Source of the DNA: Antechinus flavipes | Taxonomy: Eukaryota | Assembly (NCBI RefSeq): GCF_016432865.1 | Contig: NC_067399.1 | Span: forward strand, 48,360,001 to 48,424,000 | DNA: 64,000 bases | Reading direction: 5' to 3' | Part shown: positions 37,087-46,347 of the stretch, one piece after another | Layout: every line of letters starts with the position of its first letter | Numbering within the stretch: the first letter of the stretch is position 1 | Notes under the pieces: model-generated | Told to the model about the DNA's origin: nothing | The model's database searches: none | Seen by the model: only the letters and a program-made list of their open reading frames with translations | Program-made: the position numbers and the translations under genes

Positions 37087-38997
37087 TCCTAGAGACAGAA
37101 ATGTAACTTATTATTAAGTTCCTATGTCCTGATCAACCGTTCCCTTGGGAGGAATCAAAGGCAGCTTTTACTCTGTTTTACTGTTTACTGTGCCTCCTCA
37201 TCCCAGGAGTGAAGGGGAATTATTTTTTATTTATATGGTAATAATGTTAAGTCCTACATACTGTAGAATGTTCTCAGAATAGACTAGATAGTCTTTTACT
37301 TTTCTTTGTATCCCCCTGCACAGTCCCTGGCACACAGTAGGTACTTATCTTGGTCTGAAGGAACAACAAACAGAGGATCCATTCAGCAAGCAATTCTAAA
37401 GTGCCTACTATGTGCCAAGGACTGTGCTATGTACCAAGGAGGGAGACAAAAAGTAGCTTACAGTAGATTAGGAGAGGGGGAGAAGACCACATGTGTAACA
37501 TGAGCACAGAAAAATAATATATCAAACTTGCAAAATGAATACAAAGTAGCCTCTAGGATGAGGTAAGGATGGGGGAAGGGGGGAAAGGCCATACCAAGTA
37601 CTCCACTCCACAAAGTAAAGGCCAGGAGACAGCATTCCAGGGTTAGGCCCAATTCAAAGATAAGGAAACAAAAGGTGAGAGTGGCCCAGAGCAGCTTGGC
37701 TAGGAAGGTAGAATTGTTTTATCTCCTAGGTTAGGTTATCCTTCCACCATGAGGGAAAAGGAGGGGAGATGAAGGATGTCAGAGACCAAAATGTTTAAAA
37801 AAAAAAAAAAAAAAAAAAGGCAACATGCTAAGGAGTCTAGAGATCCAGATTCAAATCCTGCCCCCTGAAACCGGTCCTTGAAATTGGCAAGAATTGTCAC
37901 CAGAGGCAAAGTCACTTCTGGTCCTCTGCACTTCAGTATCTGAAAATGGGGACAAGGATCCTTGAAGGACTCTGCTCATGGGGCTGTCTGTGAGGAAAGC
38001 TCTTTGTAAACCTTAGAACACGTAGGAAAGGATTTTCCAAAGGATTTTCGAAAACAACCAAGTGAAGAGAAGGAAGTCCTAAGAAGACCCACAGTAGTGC
38101 CTTTCTGGTGGAGCTCAGGGTCTGGGGAGGTCCAAAGCACACCCCAAATTCTGTTTCCACAAGCTTTTGCACAGGTGATAGAATCAAAGACCACCTCCCC
38201 CGCCAGGGGACTCACAAGGGCTCCGCCTCTCCTGTCAATTTCATACCAATCTGTTAAACGTAGGAGGTGCTGGCCACGGGGGTGGGGGGGGGAGGGAGGA
38301 GCAAAGGTGAAAAGTGCCATTTGTTCACTGAGACGTGCCTACTTTTCAGCTCAAAATTCAAGGGTGGGTGTCCCCCTTGTAGGTAAGTAGCTCAGTCTAA
38401 TAAAGGGGACAAATGATGGGTTTCATTCACCCGGTTCTGCGAACCTCGGTTTCCCCTCCTGGATGGGTTGCGTTAGTTGACCCTTAGAACGCTTCCCTGA
38501 ATCCTGCGGCTCGGACACACGAGTCCCTCTCCAAGAGCCCTAAGCAGCCTGAGAACTCACTAGAGGGGAGTGCTGGGCTGGCGAGTCAGGAAGCCGAATT
38601 CAAATTCCGTGATAAACGCTTCCGGGTTGGGTGACTCTGGTCAAGTCAATTTCCCCCTCTGTACAACGTGGGTAACGACAGTACCCTCCCCCTCCCCCCG
38701 GGTGATCAAGAGATCAAAACTACTTTTGCAAATCTGATTACCTCGGTATTGAGTAACAGGGAGTGCCAGCTAGTAACGTACCCCGGCAAGGGCTTAGTAG
38801 GTGCCTCCAGTATGCCCACTAGAAGAAAGAAACGTTCCCTAGAAGCAGATCTAAGGGGCTAGACACAGGAGACATGAGGGACCTCCCGCCGCCCCTCGAC
38901 AATTTTGGGGGGTGTCTCGGAGCCGGATCCCCCCACCCTATAGAGGGATCCTCCAACGATGCAGGGCTGCTCCCGTCCTCCCATCGCCCGCACTCAC

Positions 38998-39080
38998 CTC
39001 CGCCGGCCTCCAACCTCCGGCCTCTGGTCTGGCTTCTCCCGCAACTCGCGCTCCCCTCCCCACCCGGCCTCGACCTCGCA
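38998..39080 (-). other. UTP4: UTP4 non-coding exon 1 (5' boundary approximate)
   Basis: Strong donor GAG|gtgagt at 38998/38997 inside the CpG island; exon 2 has only 2 nt of UTR, so an upstream exon is needed. Confidence 0.7.
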
Positions 39081-39139
39081 CCACGTGCGCGCGCTTTGAC
39101 CCCGGAAGCAGTTGTTGGCCCCACGGAGCCGGAAGTGCG

Positions 39140-39232
39140 CAGACAGTGTTAGCGGCGGCGGACGGTGGCGGCGGGAGGTTCGGTTGTCGCCCGTTGGCCG
39201 CGAGGCGCCGCGTTCGGCGGCCGCCATTGCAG
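39140..39232 (+). other. CHTF8: CHTF8/DERPC non-coding exon 1 (5' boundary approximate)
   Basis: Donor GCAG|gtcagg at 39232/39233 just downstream of the ETS pair. Confidence 0.6.
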
Positions 39233-42200
39233 GTCAGGCCCCGGGCGGGGAGTGCGGGAGGGGGAGCGGAAGGGGCCCGCGAGGCGAGGGCCGGGGCTTG
39301 GGGAGGCGCGGCGGCGGGAGGGCGAGAGTGAGGGAGCTGGCGGCCCGGGGAGGGAGGGAGGACGGCGCGGGAAGAATGGCGGGCTCGGGGAGGCGGGAGG
39401 GGCCGGGGCTGAGGCGAGGCGGCGGAAGCGAGCGCGGGCGGGGGCGAACGCGGCGGAGCCGGGGCGGGGGCGGCGGAGCCGATTTCGCAGGCCGCGTCGG
39501 GCCAGGCCGGGCATCCGTGAGCTCAGGAGGGCGCAGGGAGGGGGGTCGAGGCGGAGCAGTGGGGGCCGGGCCCGGCGCGGGTCTCGCGGGCAGGCGGGCG
39601 AGCGAGCGACACGTGGGTCGGGGGAGGATGAGTGCGTGGGAGGGTGGCGGGGCGTGCAAGGCCGTGTGACCGAGGCGCAGACGGGGAAGAGACCGGGAAC
39701 CCGCTTGGACTGGGGATGCAGGAAGTGGAAGACGAGGGGAGGAGAGTGGACTCAGGAAGTGGAGGGGAAGGGAGGAGGGGGCCAAGAATCTTCCCCCCCC
39801 TCCAGGGGATTGGGACAGTTGTCTGAAACTGGGGAGGGACGAGCTCTAGGTTCGGGGCGTGGGGATCCTCGGGTGGAAAGTAAATTCTTCTAGGAGGAGG
39901 CAGAAGCTTGGGAGGGAAAAGGGAGCGGGGGGAGAGGGTCAAGGACTCGGAGCTAGTCCGACTAATGGAAGGTTTGGGCAAATACTGAAGTAAAACTGTT
40001 GAACTGAATCGGCTTGGACAGCCCGGGGCCTGCCAAGGCCGTAGTTGATCCTGAGGAGAAGCAGAATCATAAATGTTCCCACAGTGTGTTGTGAAAAATA
40101 ACACGTGTATGCATAGTGTCCACACACATTTTTGAAACCATCCCTCCCTGATGAAAAGTTCTGAAACATCCAGCTCCACATGTACATCACAGCCCTTATG
40201 GGGGAGGGGGGACAGGGTCTGCCCCTCCACTTTTAGCTCCTATAAACCTGTCAGTAGACAGGATGCCTTTTGATGCTCAGGCAGCCTATTTCCAGTCACA
40301 GTACCATGAAAACACTGCTAATAAAATCTTCTCATCTGTATTTTTAAACCACGTGGATTTTTCATTTTTGGAGGAAAGCACATGGAAAAATTCCTAATAT
40401 TTAGAGTAGAAATCCATTTTGACCTCTTTCTGTGATGCAATCTGGTAGTAATGCAAGTTTCAATTTTCTCTTTAACTATTTCTCAGTGTAATCCCATCAT
40501 TTTACTGCTGAGGAAACAGACACAAGTTCAATAATTTGCCCAAGGTCCCACATATAGTCAGTGAGGTGAGATTCAAATCTAAGCTCTGACTCTAAATCCA
40601 GCACCCTTCAAACTACTCATCACTATATTCTGAAACTACTCTAAACATGTTAAATGAAGTAACTAAAGAAAGTTCTTTGCAAGGTGTCTTTCATATAGTA
40701 AGCACTATATAAATGTTAGCTATTTTAAGGAAGTTTCTAGAGAAGTACAGGGAAAGTTATTAAGATTAAATTCATTTGCTCCTCCAAGTAACAGCTTAAG
40801 GTGAAGCCAACATAAAGTGTTATATACAAAGTTTTTTCAGAACAATAAAATTGGAGCATGTTTTCCATGAGAGATGTATTCTAAAGCCAAGATTTTTTCA
40901 TGAACTTTGTAGGGAAACCCTTAGAGTTAAAAAAATTTGACTTGACAAATAATTGAAAGTTAAAGTTGGTAGTAGGGAAAGGGATGCCTAAGAACAGGAA
41001 GTGAATGAAGGATTATCATGTGAATAATAAAGCAGAATTTTCTCTAAGGATTTCTTTTAAAATTTGTCCTTCAGGCTTTGTGTATAGCACCTTTTCCTCC
41101 AGGGCAATCTTTAACTTTTAAGTGCCTGTTAATTCTTGATGAACTCATTGACATGAATTTTTATTTTACTTTTTAGTGTTCTCATTTAAAAATCTGAAGT
41201 TGAGAGAGAGTAAGGGGCAGTTTATAGGTATTGTCTATTCCTTAAGTCCACTTTGTCCTAAGAAACCATATATTTTAGATTGAATAATTTTAGGGAACAT
41301 GTAAATATAGAACCATTTTCTATGATAGCTCGCTTCTATGGTTTTTCAAATGAAATAAACAATTTGCTAGAATTTAATGAACCAAGAACAGTTTGGTATT
41401 TTAGTCACCAGGAAAGATGAATATTGTTAGGTCTTGATTGCTGCAAAGAATAAATCTCCTAAAGTGATGACATGTATTCGTGTTCATAATATTTGAAATT
41501 ACAAATATCTAAAATATGGCTTAGGATTTTTTTCTCCTGGCCAACCGACAAAAACAGTTAACTGTTTCACTGTCCTTGGGCACATCAATTAATCTTAACT
41601 TGGACATTAATTCCTTATAGCCACAATCTTTAAGATTTTTTTTTTATCCTCTCTCAAAACATCTAGCATAAGTATCTTGCCTTCCTTTTAGTGCCTTAGG
41701 TACTCAGTAAATGATCCATAAATGAATAACATGAGAATGAAGTTAATGTTTATAAAGCATATTGAAAATTTAAATATCAGAAGGAAATAGAGAAATGAGT
41801 AATGGTTCCTAAAGTATAAGTTTATTGTAATAATCTTATCCAGTATACTCGAAAGCCTTTTTTTCTTTTTAAATAATAGGTTCTTTAAACTGCTTTTTAT
41901 TATTTGATATTTTTTTTATCTCATATGAACTGGATTACTTATGTTGGCTTGAATGTTTTTATCTTTAGTTCAAGGAGTGAAACTTAAGTTATATGCTTAA
42001 CAAAACTGAATTGCCACTCCTAATACAATAGATTTATGCTTATATTTGCTTTGTAGGGAAAAACTAAAGTGGATTTGGGGGTACTTCCACTGACTTGTTT
42101 TTAATTCAGTTGTATAACTTAATGGGCCTTTATAATGGTGCATCAGTACCTGTGAAATATTGTCACTTTGCTATCACACATTTCTGTATAGATCAAATTT

Positions 42201-44664
42201 TATATGCTTCAAAAGCTAGAGTTTATTTTCCCAGGTTGAATAAAGTTTGAAATATAATTAATTTGGGAATTAGAAATCTTTTTTTGTCAGTTGGTTTTTT
42301 TTTAAACAAGATTTGACTTATACTCTATTCTCTGTGCTTTTTTTCTTTAGATATACCTTAATATTACATTCTCCTTTCTAGAGAGGCAGAAATTCAACTC
42401 CTTTTGTTCTTCAGCCCTCCCTTCTCATCACACCCTAAGCAATTGAGTAAATGAGCTATGAGCTTTTGGGCCTGCCCAAACCCCAAAGAGTAAAATATTT
42501 AGGTACCAGAAGTAACAGTAGATATCAAGAAATAAGGAAGGGAATAGACAACATAGTTTTATGATCACAGGAGATTTCTGTATTCTGAAAGAGAGAATAT
42601 TCTTTGCCAGGTAACTGTATATATGTCCTATTATTTTGGGTAACAGATAGTATGCACAGGAATGTTCCCACATCAGACTTGGTATGCAGTAATTCTTGTG
42701 ATCTGTTCTAGACTAGCTGGAAATGACAAATGCTAGAATACCCAAGCTGAGTTTTAGTTTTTAGTATTACTTTTGCCGGTCCATTGCAGATGTCTATCTG
42801 TGACAATGATATATAGAGAGAATGGGGACTTCGAGGTTTATGTCAGAATGTGTTCATCCCAATACCACTTAGCTTCCAAGTCATAAATGAGATAGTAAGG
42901 GCCAAATTTGACAATGAGTAGTACACTATAATTTCAGTATATTTAAGTGCTGCTATGTACCTACATAGTCTTGACCAAGTCATTAAATTTCTGTGAATCT
43001 CAGGTTCTTCATCGGCACAAGGTAGAGATTGTTTAGATTTTTAAAATTAGGGAATCGTGAAAAATGCTCTTTTTTCTGACTAAATCCTGTGATTTCTTTT
43101 ACTTTCTTTTGAATACAGTTGTAATGGAAAGTTAATCTTTCAGAACAGATGCCTGGATTATTTCTATGCTATAGTCTCTGACGTTATTTATAGTTGCTAG
43201 CCAATAGTTTAACGGTTTTTGTCTATTCCTCATCCTGATCCATTCAGTGACTACTGAGGACATCCATAACATCTTCCCAATAAGCAAGTGTTAACAAAAT
43301 ATTCTTTCTGGGTTGCTATTCAGCCAAGAAGGAGGGCAGATTAGGACTGGCCTCACAAAGTGTGGTGCATACTATATCTTGTATGCTTGCCCACAGTCTT
43401 CTTAAATATGCACATTTGCCTATTAGGAACTGATTTTTGTTTCATTAGGACCCCACTGATTTCCAAAATATCTGGTAATCATATATTTTGAATTCCAAAT
43501 CTAGTCACATGGTTTGACAGACCTTTTCACCATCATTGTCAGGTAGTCAACATTGAAAAAAAACACCCAGAAATCTGGAACATAGAGTTGTCTTATCTGG
43601 CTGCAGAAAACAAAATGTTAGTTGCTGCATTTTGAATTGAAACAGCTCAGTAGATTGTTAAAAGAAAATTCTTTTGTTTTACCCTCTGAATACTCCGCTG
43701 TGAATACATCTGCACAGATGTTTTCTCATACTCTGACTTATAGACATTTAAGGTAAAAAAAAAAAATCATCAATCATCATAAAGTTATTTAGTGGCTGGA
43801 TAATAAAGTTGAGTATTAGACCTAGAGTCAGGAAGTCCTGAGTTCAAATCTGGTTTTACACACAAGCTGGATGAGTCATTTTATTTCCCACCCAGGATGG
43901 TTGTGAGGATCAAATGACATAAGATTTGTAAAGCTCTTTGCAAACATAGCATGCGCTATGTAAATAATAACTATTAAGTACCTCTAATAAATATAGACCT
44001 TGATGAGCCCATAAATTTTAGGAACTCCTCTTCATCAAGTATGTGACATTTAGGCTTTTAATTTGTGAGGATGTTTTCTCCATTTCCACAAATCTATAAT
44101 AATAAGAATAATAACTTTAGAGAGTTAAATTTTTCTGTAATTTATAGAAAAGGAGTGTTTCTGTAGAAATAATGAATTGCTTTTCAATTCAGAAATTTTT
44201 TTAGGACTTACATTATTATTATTTTCTTGCCTTTTAATTACCTAAGAATATATTAATCCTACTAATTAATTGCCTCATAAGTTTTCTGGGTTGAATTCCT
44301 TCTTATTCCTCAGAAACTAGTTTTAGTTAAAGTCCCAATCAGATTGTTAGATGTTTTGTAGTGAAAGGAAAGATAGACCTGGAGTCTAGAGACTTGGTTT
44401 GAGTTTGAACAATTAATAATTGTGTCATCAGGGGCAAAAGCCTTTACCCTCTCAGACTCAGTTTCCTAATACATAAAAAGAAGGTAAAGCTTGCACTACC
44501 TGTTGTATAGGGTAGTTATAAACCATGCAATATTATTTTTCTCTGTTGTACTTACTCTTATTTGTTGTCAGTGTTTACCCCTAATAAGTCCTTTTCATGG
44601 TCCCTTTTCTCTTGTGTTTGCAATTTGAAATTTAATGAAATTGCATGCATCAGTTTCAAAAACA

Positions 44665-44740
44665 TTTGTTTGCAGAACTAATGAGAAAATGTACAAAGTT
44701 TTTGAATTTTGTCTGTTTTCTCATTAGTTCTGCAAGCAAA
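44665..44740 (+). other. Long inverted repeat (25-bp stem, 26-nt loop)
   Basis: TTTGTTTGCAGAACTAATGAGAAAA (44665-44689) pairs with TTTTCTCATTAGTTCTGCAAGCAAA (44716-44740): 20 contiguous Watson-Crick pairs, one G.U, four more pairs. Confidence 0.9.
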
Positions 44741-45282
44741 AGTTTTGTGATTTTAGAAGTTGATTCTTAAATTTTTTTTGGTCCCCTCCTCCCCCTCAAA
44801 TAAAACATAGTAGATAAATGTGTGGGATGATTAGGCTATCCATTTCAAAATGTGTTGTTTATTCTCATTGTCATTTAAACATACTCTCGAACAGTACACA
44901 AATTTGCCACAAGATGACACTGTTGTATAAGACAAATCTCAGTACAGTACATTTGGTTTCCCTTGTCTGTGGGAAATGACCTTAGATGAGATGAGTACCT
45001 AAAATATGTGGCAGACTATTTTAAATGATGCTACAGACATTTTTGTAACTCAACTTTTCCTGGAGACCTTTTGTGTTCTAAAATAATCTTTTCTGACTGT
45101 ACAAAGGAGGGAAGTCAATGAAGTTTACATTGTATCTCCTGGGAAAAGTCAAAGTGGTATTTTTTTTTTTTAATTCTTCCTATTTGGCCAAGAAGAAAGC
45201 TTCAAGTTGTCCTTATATAAATTTTTTTTTTCCTTTCTCTTTTCAGCTTCTCTTCAGTTTGCTTTTCTGAGAGTAAAAGCTG

Positions 45283-45305
45283 ATGGTGCAAATTGTGATT
45301 TCCAG
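45283..45305 (+). CDS. CHTF8: CHTF8 first coding exon (exon 2, probably starts 45247)
   Basis: ATG GTG CAA ATT GTG ATT TCC AG|gtgagt = MVQIVISS; polypyrimidine tract and tttcag acceptor at 45246. Confidence 0.93.
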
Positions 45306-45565
45306 GTGAGTGAATCCATGTTGATGATTTTATTCCATTGTGGGATGAATAGTTGGGGTTGGATAAGTTTGATGATTTTCTCAAAGAGCTAAGATCCCAG
45401 AGTGCATCTGCGCAGATCCTTGCATTTCAACCTTTAGTTCAGTGCCTAACACTACCCACTTTCCAGTAAACTTGATCAAAAAGAATGGCTGAGCCTTTTA
45501 TGGGAGGTATACTGCCCATCCTTCACCCCTCAAAAATATTGTAACCACCAGCCCTTTGCTTGCAG

Positions 45566-45683
45566 TGCTGGGGCTGGAGGCTTGGCAGAATGGGTGCTGA
45601 TGGAGCTACAGGGGGAGATCGAGGCTCGCTACAGCACTGGATTAGCTGGAAACCTCCTGGGAGACCTACATTACACCACCGAG
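45566..45683 (+). CDS. CHTF8: CHTF8 exon 3 (118 nt)
   Basis: [39 protein letters not shown] (Ctf8 family motif); ttgcag| and |gtgagg. Confidence 0.96.
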
Positions 45684-46122
45684 GTGAGGGGGCTTTCTTT
45701 ACCCTGCCTAACGCCTCAGAAAAACAAGCCACAGTAAGGTGGCCCTCCCAGAGCCCACAGTGGGGACTGCCCTAAGGTTTGTTATGTGAGGTCTGGCTAA
45801 TGTCCTCAGGAATCCAGTCGTGCTCCTACCCTACCTCTGAAGCATCAGAGAAGTTTTATTTTGGGGTAACTGGAGAGGTTGTATCTTTAAAAATGGAAAA
45901 TGTATTTTTCTTTGTGACTGGGAAATGCACAGGGCTGGGGAGGTTGTCAAATGTAGCATCTCAGAGAGATGTTGTGAGAAATGCCAAGGAGTAAGGCAAA
46001 GGACTTGAACAGGTTGATAGGGTTGCCTGAGTTTTCTCTTACCCTGAACCTCAGGTATCTTGTGTTTTTTTTTTTTTTTTTTTGTTTTGTTTTTTGTTTT
46101 GTTTTTTTGTTTTTTCTTGAAG

Positions 46123-46347
46123 GGAATTCCTGTGCTGATTGTGGGGCATCATATCCTATATGGGAAAATTATCCGTTTGGAGAAGCCATTTGCTGTCCTG
46201 GTAAAAAGTGGTTCTGGGGAACAGGAATGTGATGAAAGTGGCAAACAGACAGCAACTCGGTACCTAGTGAAAGCACTAATAAAGAACAAGATTCTCTTCA
46301 AAACTCGCCCAAAACCTATAATCACCAACGTTCCCAAGAAAGTATGA
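46123..46347 (+). CDS. CHTF8: CHTF8 last coding segment; total 121 aa (Ctf18-RFC subunit Ctf8)
   Basis: [74 protein letters not shown]; acceptor ttgaag| after a long T/TTTTG tract. Confidence 0.97.
   Translation, partial: GIPVLIVGHHILYGKIIRLEKPFAVLVKSGSGEQECDESGKQTATRYLVKALIKNKILFKTRPKPIITNVPKKV

Larger units (their letters stand above)
38870..39720. promoter_or_regulatory. CpG island / bidirectional promoter of UTP4 and CHTF8
   Basis: Very GC- and CpG-rich. ETS/GABP motifs CCGGAAG (39102-39108) and CCGGAAGTG (39129-39137); E-boxes CACGTG (39082-39087, 39610-39615); YY1-like CCGCCAT (39221-39227); divergent splice donors at 38998 (-) and 39232 (+). Confidence 0.9.

Noticed and set aside
38819-40230. 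Many overlapping 100-240-aa Gly/Arg/Pro/Ala-rich ORFs
   Set aside because: By-product of CpG-island composition (stop codons are AT-rich); no similarity to proteins I recognise.
41463-41530. TGATGA box-C-like motif suggesting an intronic C/D snoRNA
   Set aside because: No downstream CTGA box D or terminal stem at a suitable distance.
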